Assembly: GCA_963729605.1 (NCBI GenBank)
Contig: CAVSNY010000007.1
Span: 448,001 to 512,000 of the forward strand
Direction of reading: 5' to 3'
Source: an uncultured Gammaproteobacteria bacterium
GTDB lineage: Bacteria > Pseudomonadota > Gammaproteobacteria > DRLM01
DNA: 64,000 bases
Shown: positions 12,194-20,508 of the stretch, piece after piece
How the letters are laid out: every line of letters begins with the position of its first letter
Position numbering within the stretch: position 1 is the stretch's first letter
Program-made: the position numbers and the translations under genes
Notes under the pieces: generated by a model
What the model was told of the DNA's origin: nothing
Databases searched by the model: none
What the model saw: only the letters and a program-made list of their open reading frames with translations

Positions 12194-12859
12194 GTGTTTA
12201 GGCTATTGTTCAAAACAAGTTTAGTCGGATGGTCCGATGTTCAATCAAGTCGGCCGAACACCGTAGCGGCTGGGCGACACGGCGCGGTGGGTGCGTTATT
12301 CGCGCTCTTGTTTATGTCGGCGGGGGCCGCCCATGCCCATAAGGTGAATGTGTTCGCCTACCTGGAGGGCAACCAAGTCTACGTCCAGGGTTATTTCATG
12401 GACGGCAAAAAGGCCAAGAACAGCACGGTCATTGTTTATGGCGAAAAGGGTGAGCGATTAAGAGAAGGGGTCACCAACGAGGCGGGAGAATATGTCTTTC
12501 CAGTGTCCGCCAATGAGGGAATCCGGGTGGTACTCAATGCGGGCCAGGGTCATCAGGCCGAATATACGTTTTCAGCCGATGAGTTGGCTGGGGGTGGTGC
12601 TGCCCTCGCAGGCTCGGCCGCAGAGGTGAGTCCGGCGACGGAGACCAAGGACGTCGTCGTCAATCAGCCTGCGACGGGTGGCGACGATATGGCGGCCGTG
12701 GTGCGTCATGCGGTACAAGCGGGCATCCTGCCCCTGGTCCAGGAGATAGATGAACTCAAAGAAAGACGATCTTTTTCGGACATTGTTGGAGGCATTGGTT
12801 TTATCGTCGGCATCCTCGGGTTGTTCGCGTATGTGAAATCGCGAAAACAACTTAAATAA
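12194..12859 (+). CDS. Accessory component of the Ni/Co ECF transporter (NikL/CbiL-like)
   Basis: Signal peptide then AHKVNVFA...GYF.DG, DAGxGH-like NAGQGH, C-terminal TM DIVGGIGFIVG; precedes cbiM. Confidence 0.75.
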   Translation: MFRLLFKTSLVGWSDVQSSRPNTVAAGRHGAVGALFALLFMSAGAAHAHKVNVFAYLEGNQVYVQGYFMDGKKAKNSTVIVYGEKGERLREGVTNEAGEYVFPVSANEGIRVVLNAGQGHQAEYTFSADELAGGGAALAGSAAEVSPATETKDVVVNQPATGGDDMAAVVRHAVQAGILPLVQEIDELKERRSFSDIVGGIGFIVGILGLFAYVKSRKQLK

Positions 12860-12907
12860 GGCGGCTTTGTCGAGCGGATTGCCGAACATGCCGATGCTTT
12901 TTTTGAA

Positions 12908-12932
12908 TGACAATAAATTAATTGATGTGTTA
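12908..12932. promoter_or_regulatory. Candidate NikR operator upstream of nikM/cbiM
   Basis: TGACA-N15(AT-rich)-TGTTA matches the TRWYA-N15-TRWYA NikR consensus described in Helicobacter. Confidence 0.55.
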
Positions 12933-13044
12933 CGCTGGTTTGCACACCGCGAGCAAGTCGCGTATCGCGTTATAAGGATAACGAGCAAGGACCCGTTATA
13001 ACTATCCGTTAAGTCGGAATATTTTCTCGGAGTCGCGGAGTCCA

Positions 13045-13680
13045 ATGCATATTTCTGACGGTATTCTCTCAGGTCCGGTTTTGGCGGCTGGCTTTGTGGG
13101 GACGGTGATAGTGGCCAGCCTCACCCTGCGCAAAATGGATATCGAAGAAATCCCCAAAGTGTCCGTGATTACCGCGGTATTTTTTGTCGCTTCCCTGATT
13201 CATGTGCCCATCGGGTTCAGTAGCGTTCACTTAATCCTCAATGGTTTGGCGGGCGTGGTGTTGGGTTGGCGCGCCTTTCCGGCGGTTCTCCTGGGGGTCA
13301 TTCTGCAAGCCATACTGTTTGGTCATGGCGGTGTCTCAGTCATTGGGGTGAATACGCTGATGCTGGGTGGTGGGGCGCTGGCGGCTTATGGTCTTTGGCA
13401 ATTGCGGCACTTCGTCTCGATGAGACGGAAAGAAGTCATCTTCGGCGCGTTGGCCGGCGGCGGGGCGTTGCTGGTGTCGGGGCTCATACTGTCCTTGGCC
13501 TTGGTGACCACCGGTGAGCAATTCCATGTGATGGCCGGCGCGGTGTTGCTGGCGCATATCCCCGTTATCATCGTAGAGGCTTTCGTCGTGGGAGCGGCCG
13601 CGGGATTTTTGGCCAAGGTTCGCCCGCAAATTTTGGCGGGCAATAGTACGCCTGCGCTGGCCGGCCGATCCTCTCCCTGA
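13045..13680 (+). CDS. cbiM: ECF Ni/Co transporter S component (NikM/CbiM)
   Basis: N-terminal MHISDG metal-binding motif, SVHL, QAILFGHGG; multi-TM. Confidence 0.93.
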   Translation: MHISDGILSGPVLAAGFVGTVIVASLTLRKMDIEEIPKVSVITAVFFVASLIHVPIGFSSVHLILNGLAGVVLGWRAFPAVLLGVILQAILFGHGGVSVIGVNTLMLGGGALAAYGLWQLRHFVSMRRKEVIFGALAGGGALLVSGLILSLALVTTGEQFHVMAGAVLLAHIPVIIVEAFVVGAAAGFLAKVRPQILAGNSTPALAGRSSP

Positions 13681-13735
13681 ATGCAGTGAAATTTGTACCG
13701 TATGTTTTGGCTCCGGTTTCCTTGGACTTCCTTTC

Positions 13736-14524
13736 ATGCCATTAGATATTGATCGTTTCGCGCATGTGGCTTCGCCACTGCAGCGCTGGGACCCTAGATT
13801 GAAGCTGGCCTCGCTGGGAGTCTTGGTGATCGGTATCGCCTTGATGAAGACCGTGCCGATGGGCGTCGCCGCCTTGTTGAGCGCGCTGGTGTTGATCGGT
13901 TTGGCCGGTCTGCCGTCTTCCTTTGTCTTGCAGGGGGTGAAGTGGGTATCGGTATTTCTGCTGCCATTTTTGTTGATTATGCCTTTGAGTTACCCCGGCG
14001 AGCCGGCGTTTCACGTGTTGGGTTTGCCGTTTGCGTGGGAAGGTTTTCGCCTGGCGGTCTTGATAGTGATCAAAGCGCTGGCCATTGTGTTGTGCGCTTA
14101 CGCCATGTTCGGATCCAGCCGCTTTGATATTTCGATGATTGCCTTGCAGCGATTGAAGTGTCCGAAAATCATCGTGCAGATGCTGTTGTTCACGTATCGC
14201 TATGTCTTTGTGTTCCTGGCGGAGATGCAGCGCATGGACGTGGCGATGCGGGCGCGGGGTTTCATCAAACGTCCCGATCGCCGCACCATGCATGTGATGG
14301 GAAATTTCGTGGGTACCCTGCTGGTGCGCAGCTTCGAGCGCACGGAACGCATTTATAAAGCGATGTTGTCGAAAGGGTATCAAGGGGAATTTCATACCAT
14401 GGTGGTATTCAAGACCGATGGTAAAGATACGGTGAAGGCCGCGCTGGTATTATCGATCGCTGTGTTACTGCTGGGTGTGGATGTCGCCGGAATCTTTAAA
14501 GTCGCCGAACAAGGCTGGTACTGA
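13736..14524 (+). CDS. cbiQ: ECF transporter T component (NikQ/CbiQ)
   Basis: DPRLK, FTYRY, AMRARGF, RSFERTERIYKAMLSKGY. Confidence 0.93.
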   Translation: MPLDIDRFAHVASPLQRWDPRLKLASLGVLVIGIALMKTVPMGVAALLSALVLIGLAGLPSSFVLQGVKWVSVFLLPFLLIMPLSYPGEPAFHVLGLPFAWEGFRLAVLIVIKALAIVLCAYAMFGSSRFDISMIALQRLKCPKIIVQMLLFTYRYVFVFLAEMQRMDVAMRARGFIKRPDRRTMHVMGNFVGTLLVRSFERTERIYKAMLSKGYQGEFHTMVVFKTDGKDTVKAALVLSIAVLLLGVDVAGIFKVAEQGWY

Positions 14525-14551
14525 CGACCATGCGCTATGAGATAATAAGCA

Positions 14552-15571
14552 ATGACTGACGATATGGCGATTTGCGTGGAGGACGTGCATTTTACGTACC
14601 CTGACGGGCACGACGTACTGCGCGGCGTGTCGTGCCGGTTGCGTCCCGGCGAGAAGGTGGCCTTGATCGGTCCCAACGGCGCGGGCAAATCGACCTTCAT
14701 GAGCCTGCTGAATGGGGTGGAATTGCCCAGCCGCGGCCGGGTGAGCGTGGGCGGGATGGAGGTAAAAAAGGAAAACTTGACCGCGGTGCGGCGGAAAGTG
14801 GGTATCGTATTCCAAGATCCGGATGATCAGCTATTTTGTCCCACGGTCTTTGATGATGTGGCCTTTGGCCCCCTGAATCTGGGTTTGCCCACCGAGGAGA
14901 TTCGCGCCCGGGTAGCGGAATCCTTGGCCTTGGTCGGTCTGACGGGTTTCGAGGAGCGCTCGTCCTTTCATCTGTCTTTCGGTGAACGCAAGCGCCTGGC
15001 CCTGGCGACGGTGCTCTCCTATCAGCCGGACATTCTGGTGTTCGACGAGCCTTCCACCAATATGGACCCGCTCAACCGCCGCCGCTTGATCAGCTGGTTG
15101 CGGTCATCGGAAAAGACCATGTTGCTGTGTACCCATGACCTCGATATCGCCCTGGACGTCTGTAGCCGTTGTATCGTGCTGGTCAAAGGCGTCATCGTGG
15201 CCGACGGGCCGGCCAACGAAATTCTCTATGATCGCGCGTTGCTCGAGGCCAATAATCTGGAGTTGCCTTTGGCCCTGATGACGCACGAGTTGCTGCACGA
15301 AAAACTGCGCAGCGGACAAATGGACGATGAGCATCGGCGGATCATCGAGAGTTTTTTGCATGCCCACCGCCATGCCCATGGGCCGGATCAGCACGAGCAT
15401 GTCCACTTGCATGTCCATCCTCACGATCACGGCCATTTGCATCAGCATCCGCATGATGATCATATTCATCATCTGGAATACGGCGTGCAGTCATCGGAAC
15501 AGGTTTTATCGGAGAGTGGGGCGACGGACAAAGCCCAAGTCCGATATATTCCTGTACCTAAAAATAAATAA
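14552..15571 (+). CDS. cbiO: ECF transporter ATPase (NikO/CbiO) with His-rich C-terminal extension
   Basis: [28 protein letters not shown]; tail with 18 His in 38 residues. Confidence 0.93.
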   Translation: MTDDMAICVEDVHFTYPDGHDVLRGVSCRLRPGEKVALIGPNGAGKSTFMSLLNGVELPSRGRVSVGGMEVKKENLTAVRRKVGIVFQDPDDQLFCPTVFDDVAFGPLNLGLPTEEIRARVAESLALVGLTGFEERSSFHLSFGERKRLALATVLSYQPDILVFDEPSTNMDPLNRRRLISWLRSSEKTMLLCTHDLDIALDVCSRCIVLVKGVIVADGPANEILYDRALLEANNLELPLALMTHELLHEKLRSGQMDDEHRRIIESFLHAHRHAHGPDQHEHVHLHVHPHDHGHLHQHPHDDHIHHLEYGVQSSEQVLSESGATDKAQVRYIPVPKNK

Positions 15572-15602
15572 GCTCATCTGCGCAGCTCGTAAAGGGGACA
15601 TA

Positions 15603-16235
15603 GTGAGACAGAAAGAAGCCGCTACGCGCATCATTTATGTCCGGCATGGCTTGACGGATTTTCCCGCCGATCGAATCTATTGCGATGACCGGGAAGATCC
15701 GGTTTTGAACGAGCGGGGGATTCAGCATGCGCGCGACGCGGCATCGCTCTTGGCGCAGCAAACGGTGGATGTCATTTATGCCAGCCCCAGTGCTCGAACT
15801 CGAATGACCGCCGATGAAATCGCAAAAACGACGGGAGTGGAAATTGTCGAAATGGCCGCGCTTCGCGAGCGCCGCTTCGGAATTTGGGATGGGCTTTATT
15901 TCAACGATATCGAGCAGAATTATCCAACCGAATACCAAGCATGGAAGCGTGACCTTGCCAATTATACTCCGCAAGGGGGCGAAACCATGGAGGCGCTGCT
16001 GCAACGGGCGGGCTCGGCCATTACTCAGATTGCACTTGAGCACCCCAACCAGACGGTAGTCGTCGTTTCACACGTCGGTCCAATCCGGGTTTGCGTGGCG
16101 GAGGCGCTTAAAGTCCCCTTGGCGTGGTATCGCCAGTTGCATATCGATTATGGTTCGCTGACTCGGGTGGATTATGGACGTAGCCAGAATAATATGATGT
16201 ACGCTAATTTAACGAGAGCACTTTTTCAGTATTGA
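15603..16235 (+). CDS. Histidine phosphatase (CobC/phosphoglycerate mutase family)
   Basis: VRHG, SP..R, LRERRFGIWDGL, GGET, VVSH.GPIR; GTG start at 15603 after an AAGGGG RBS. Confidence 0.9.
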   Translation: MRQKEAATRIIYVRHGLTDFPADRIYCDDREDPVLNERGIQHARDAASLLAQQTVDVIYASPSARTRMTADEIAKTTGVEIVEMAALRERRFGIWDGLYFNDIEQNYPTEYQAWKRDLANYTPQGGETMEALLQRAGSAITQIALEHPNQTVVVVSHVGPIRVCVAEALKVPLAWYRQLHIDYGSLTRVDYGRSQNNMMYANLTRALFQY

Positions 16236-16303
16236 CATACGCTTGCAGTATTCTGGGTGCGCGTGTAGTGCGCAAATAGGCGAGGCCGGTATTTGAGCCT
16301 ATC

Positions 16304-16339
16304 TTGACAGGCCGCCTTCGATAATGTTAAACATTGTCG
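16304..16339 (+). promoter_or_regulatory. Putative promoter (-35 TTGACA) with palindrome CGATAATGTT-A-AACATTGTCG
   Basis: TTGACA at 16304; near-perfect 21-bp palindrome 16319-16339; core recurs at 19913-19926. Confidence 0.55.
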
Positions 16340-16571
16340 CACAGGGCTAAGGGACGCGGGTCTACCGGATCACAAGGTGGAGTCTTGACCTTCTGGTACG
16401 GATCGTGTTAGATAGGCTCAATAATGAAAATATCTCAAAACTAAAATTTTGAGAGTGGGTGGTAAGCTGTTTGGGGTGTTCAATTACATATACCTGAAAT
16501 AATTTCGGGCTAAAAACGCTAACCCGCGTCCGGGCGCGTATTTCTAAATAATGATAAAAGGAGGCATGCAA

Positions 16572-17456
16572 ATGCGTAGGGCAATTAAATTTGCGTTAAC
16601 AATGGGGTCGGCGGCGCTGATCGTGTCCGGGGCCACCATGGCCGGACCGCCGATAGCCTATGATCAATGGCAGGCTGTGGATGGGGATATCGTAAGTAGT
16701 ACTGATCCTAACGCAGCGGTCCCTTGTGCTCCTGGATACACTTGCGTTACCGGTGTGGCGGCCCTGGGGTTCTTGCAGCGTACTGTGACTGCGACTGATG
16801 GTACTCAATATTTCCAAACGATCATCACCGATGAAAATGCTACCGGAGCTCCTGGTGTGTTGCCTTTCTCGGATGAAAGTTTTGTGCGCAGTGGTTCCTC
16901 CGTAGGCGGCATTGCCGGTAAGCAGCGCGTCACGGATCTTGGCGTGACTAATCCGGGCCAAAATTTGACTACCCTCAACGAACTCAATATGGGTTGGGCT
17001 CAGGAAGTTGGTGCTAGCGCTAACCAGTTGGATTTGTCCCAGACGTTGACGGAAGACGCGGTTGGGTTCTCGACTGGGTTCCGTTTTTTCCGTCTCCCAG
17101 GGGTAGGCACTTTTAACGAGGGTCTGGAAATCAATCAGTCGGTATTGTTGCCGTCGGTTGATCCTACTTCGCCAACTAACCCGAATAATCCGGATAAGCA
17201 AGTGTTTACCTTACGTCAGTTGCAGGCGAGTGCCCCCGGCTCTGCCACTCTGGAGGGTTCTCCTAATCTGACGTGGGTAGCCAATGATAGGATTAAGGCC
17301 ATTTGGGTTGGGCAGAATATGCCTAGCACCGGCCAGGTGTTTGGTTTCCAAGCTCACGAAAATCTGACTACACAAACTCTCAGTAGCTTTTTCAGCTTGG
17401 CTGAGACGGGTCCTTGGACCTGGGCGCCGGTGTTTGGTACTGAGCCGTCGTTTTAA
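16572..17456 (+). CDS. Secreted protein of unknown function, probably highly expressed
   Basis: AGGAGG RBS, Sec signal MRRAIKFALTMGSAALIVSGATMA, CAPGYTC Cys pair, T/G/S/Q/N-rich beta-type sequence, many T-ending codons, own terminator. Confidence 0.85.
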   Translation: MRRAIKFALTMGSAALIVSGATMAGPPIAYDQWQAVDGDIVSSTDPNAAVPCAPGYTCVTGVAALGFLQRTVTATDGTQYFQTIITDENATGAPGVLPFSDESFVRSGSSVGGIAGKQRVTDLGVTNPGQNLTTLNELNMGWAQEVGASANQLDLSQTLTEDAVGFSTGFRFFRLPGVGTFNEGLEINQSVLLPSVDPTSPTNPNNPDKQVFTLRQLQASAPGSATLEGSPNLTWVANDRIKAIWVGQNMPSTGQVFGFQAHENLTTQTLSSFFSLAETGPWTWAPVFGTEPSF

Positions 17457-17482
17457 TTTAGCATTCACTTAGTTAAGGTTGT

Positions 17483-17517
17483 AAAAAAAAGAGGGCGCGA
17501 GAGCGCCCTCTTTTTTT
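17483..17517. terminator. Bidirectional rho-independent terminator
   Basis: A-tract, GAGGGCGC-GAGA-GCGCCCTC hairpin, T-tract. Confidence 0.9.
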
Positions 17518-17928
17518 ATATAAGAATGTTCAAATTAAATCTGTTGAATTGATGAAGTGCTGTATATCATGGCTGAAAAATAAGCTTTCATAGAAGAGGC
17601 CCTATTTTGGAACTTAAAATTTGGGTGGTTCTTGAAGGTATGAACTCATCTAGTTTATTCGAGTCTTCGATATTCATTTAAAGTAAGCGGGTCGTGTAGT
17701 CTGAAAGAGCGACGATTTAAGACTCATGCACAGCTTAGTGGGGACTTGATGAGTGACATTACAGGGAGGGCATACCTCCCTTTATTGTTTTAAAGGGCCG
17801 GATCAAGGTTGATAGACTTATCCTCTGGAGAGCATGGACGATATCGTTATACAATAAAAATCCATGGGGTATCGTGCTTGATCGTAGCTATAATTATCAA
17901 TACATTGCCTTAATAAAGAGGGGGTCTA

Positions 17929-18939
17929 GTGAGCGCGCAAAATCAGTGGAATGGTCCTGATCCGATGGCGGTGATGCGCATTGCTTCCGCTTATTGGAAC
18001 TCCAGCGTCCTGCATGTGGCGCATAGTTTAGATGTGTTTACAGCGTTGGCGGCCGGCCCGGCGACGGCGGTTGACGTCGCGAAAAAATGCCACGCGGACG
18101 AACGTGGGATGGAGTTGATTTTAATCGCCTGTGTTGGCTTGGGCCTGCTGGAAAAGCATGACGGTAAATTCAGTAATGGGCCGGTGGCGCAGACCTTTTT
18201 GGTGAAAGGCGCCCAGCGTTATCAGGGAGGCATTGTCTCGATGTTCGCCGACTGGGTCGCCCCCTGGTCGAAGCTGCGGGATGCGGTAATTCAGGGCCAG
18301 CCGGTGGTTCAAAAGCAGCATGACCATGGTGAAGAGGCGACGCACACTTACATCATGGGTATGTTGTATCGCGGTATCCCGCAGGCATGGCTGCTGGCCG
18401 AGGAAGTGCCGTTGCAGGGGCGCAAAAAACTGCTCGACGTGGGGGGAGGGCCTGGTATCTTTTCCATCATCCTGTCGCAAAAAAATCCTGGGCTTATGGC
18501 GGATGTACTGGACCTGCCGCAGACTTTGCGAGTCACCCGCGACATTATTAAAGACTTTAACGCCCAAAGCAGGGTCAATACCAAGGAAGGCAGTTACCTC
18601 GAAGATGATTTCGGCAAAGGTTATGACGTAGTGTTGTTGTCTTCGATGATCAGCCAGGAAGGACCCGATGTCATCAAGGCGATCATTCGCAAGTCATTCG
18701 ATGCCATGGAATCGGGCGGGGTAATTTTGATTCAGGAGCAATTCTTGGATACGGATAAATCAGGCCCCTTGCTCCCGGCGTTAATCGGCATCAACCAGTT
18801 AATTCATACCCCGGCGGGCCGCGCGTATTCCGCTAAGGAAGTGGCGGATTGGGCGGATGAGATAGGCTTCAAGAATTTGAGCTTCCGCCCTCTGCCTGAA
18901 CCAAGTCCCTTCACCTTGATCCAAGGTACGAAGCCATAA
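17929..18939 (+). CDS. SAM-dependent small-molecule methyltransferase (dimerisation domain + Methyltransf_2 type)
   Basis: N-terminal winged-helix dimerisation region, LLDVGGGPG, LDLP, YDVVLLS. Confidence 0.9.
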   Translation: MSAQNQWNGPDPMAVMRIASAYWNSSVLHVAHSLDVFTALAAGPATAVDVAKKCHADERGMELILIACVGLGLLEKHDGKFSNGPVAQTFLVKGAQRYQGGIVSMFADWVAPWSKLRDAVIQGQPVVQKQHDHGEEATHTYIMGMLYRGIPQAWLLAEEVPLQGRKKLLDVGGGPGIFSIILSQKNPGLMADVLDLPQTLRVTRDIIKDFNAQSRVNTKEGSYLEDDFGKGYDVVLLSSMISQEGPDVIKAIIRKSFDAMESGGVILIQEQFLDTDKSGPLLPALIGINQLIHTPAGRAYSAKEVADWADEIGFKNLSFRPLPEPSPFTLIQGTKP

Positions 18940-18954
18940 CTGTTGATAGGTGCT

Positions 18955-19788
18955 ATGGTGTATTCGTTTTTGAAACATGCCATCCGCTGGCTTGCCGTGT
19001 TTGGGGCTGCGGTTCCAATGATATCCCACGCCGCTGATGTTTCCGCTCCCGCGCCTGAGGGGCGGGAGATCATGGAGCGCTGTAATAGCAAGTATCCGGG
19101 TGAAGACCAGCGTTCACGTTTGACCATCATCTTGCGCGATAAGGACGGCAACGAAAAAAAGAACGTGTATCGCCGTCTCTGGAAGGATTTTCGTGGAGTG
19201 GATGGTGTCGCTGATAAAATGATGTTGTTCACAGAATTTCCTCCTGACGCGCAAGGCGCCGGTTTTATGCGTTGGGGGTATACGGCCGCGTCGGGGCGTA
19301 TCGCGGATCAGTGGATATACCTTCCCGTATTGAAAAAGATTCGCCGTGTCTCGATTCGAGATCCGGGAGATAGTTTTTTGGGTTCTGATCTCACCTACGC
19401 GGACATCAGTGAGCGTAGCTTGGATGCCGATCAGCATCGCTTAATACGGACCATGCCCAACGGCAATGAACAGATTTATGCGGTTGAGAGTGTGCCGGTG
19501 AATAAGGGCGGTGCTCTATATAGTAAAACCGTATCTTGGTTTACTAAGGGGCAGGATTGGGACGGCTGCATGAAGCGGCAGGTCGATTATTACGATAAAA
19601 AAGGCGAGCCTATCAAGCAGCAACTAATCAAATGGCAGCGGGTAGACAAGGCCTGGGTTTGGGATGAAGTGACTGTCCGCAACGTTCAAACCGGCCATTC
19701 GTCGGTGTTCCAGGTGACGGATGTAAAAGTGAATGTAGGTTTGCGTGACGATGAATTTACGGAAAGGGCATTGAGGACCAGTCAATAA
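18955..19788 (+). CDS. LolA-like outer-membrane lipoprotein-sorting family periplasmic protein
   Basis: Signal peptide; F..PPD..G.GF, DQWIYLPVLKKIRRV, SFLGSDLTYAD, N.GL.D..FT.R.L. Confidence 0.85.
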   Translation: MVYSFLKHAIRWLAVFGAAVPMISHAADVSAPAPEGREIMERCNSKYPGEDQRSRLTIILRDKDGNEKKNVYRRLWKDFRGVDGVADKMMLFTEFPPDAQGAGFMRWGYTAASGRIADQWIYLPVLKKIRRVSIRDPGDSFLGSDLTYADISERSLDADQHRLIRTMPNGNEQIYAVESVPVNKGGALYSKTVSWFTKGQDWDGCMKRQVDYYDKKGEPIKQQLIKWQRVDKAWVWDEVTVRNVQTGHSSVFQVTDVKVNVGLRDDEFTERALRTSQ

Positions 19789-19896
19789 GCGGCTATTGAT
19801 GTGTCGGTATCAAAGCCCCCTTCCCTCGATATTTCATGATCTAATGTAGTTTTGGCGACGCGGCAGCCCCGAGCTGACCATCGCCACGTTGTGCTG

Positions 19897-19928
19897 TTGA
19901 CGCGAGCGTATAACAATGTTTAACATCG
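19897..19928 (+). promoter_or_regulatory. Putative promoter (-35 TTGACG, -10 TAACAT) overlapped by palindrome ATGTT-T-AACAT
   Basis: ACAATGTTTAACAT (19913-19926) is the exact reverse complement of 16324-16337. Confidence 0.55.
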
Positions 19929-20122
19929 CGTTCGGCAATAAAGACGGGTTGGTTTGAGTCTCCGCTCTAACAAGGAATGTGGGATGTGAGTTTTAGGGGG
20001 GGCGGCTTCAAAGCGTCTTATCACAGCGAGAGGTGTATTGCATGTATGAATCGACCAGGCGGCCACGGATGCGCGGGCCGCGGCAAGGGCCGGTTGCGCG
20101 GGATCAGGCCCTTGCTATTGCC

Positions 20123-20500
20123 ATGAAGCGGAAGGAAGAATACCTGGGCGCGCGCGTGCCGCGGGAACTTAAAGACAAAGTAATCGAGCGGGCTGAAACC
20201 TTAGGCATTCCCGTCTCCATTTTAATCCGCAACGTATTGGAAGAGGTGTTTCGCGACGGCGGGACAAATGCGCTTGGGCAATCCAAGCCAAGTGTCGATA
20301 TGGGAGCTGAAGCGCGTAATACCAGCGCGACGAATCAATTTCCCATGGTGCTTGGTTGGGAAGGTATCAAGCTTAATCGGGCTGTGGCCTGTTCCCGTTG
20401 CGGTGCGCGACTTCAAGCCGGAGCATATGTAACTTTAGGGTTCGGGTCGCCAGGACAGGAACACATAATATTGTGCGATGTATGCAAGGAGTCTATATAA
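20123..20500 (+). CDS. Ribbon-helix-helix DNA-binding protein with C-terminal zinc ribbon (start could be up to 90 bp earlier)
   Basis: YLGARVPRELKDKVIERAETLGIPVSILIRNVLEE (RHH pattern); CSRC...CDVC. Confidence 0.7.
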   Translation: MKRKEEYLGARVPRELKDKVIERAETLGIPVSILIRNVLEEVFRDGGTNALGQSKPSVDMGAEARNTSATNQFPMVLGWEGIKLNRAVACSRCGARLQAGAYVTLGFGSPGQEHIILCDVCKESI

Positions 20501-20508
20501 AGTGGGGG

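Noticed and set aside
15327-15602. Long N-terminal extension of the phosphatase in the ORF track
   Set aside because: It is an alternate-frame reading of the cbiO His tract; a GTG with RBS exists at 15603.
13045-16235. Cobalamin operon reading (cbiMQO plus cobC)
   Set aside because: No other cob/cbi genes or B12 riboswitch nearby; adjacent NikR and its candidate operator favour nickel.
16337-16365. Resemblance to the c-di-GMP-I aptamer (CGCACAGGGC...GGGACGC)
   Set aside because: The GAAA-capped P2 hairpin and GCAAAG are missing; probably chance.
16431-16454. TCTCAAAA/TTTTGAGA palindrome similar to the IS5 terminal repeat
   Set aside because: Only about 10 bp shared and lacks the outer IS end; not evidence of an IS scar.
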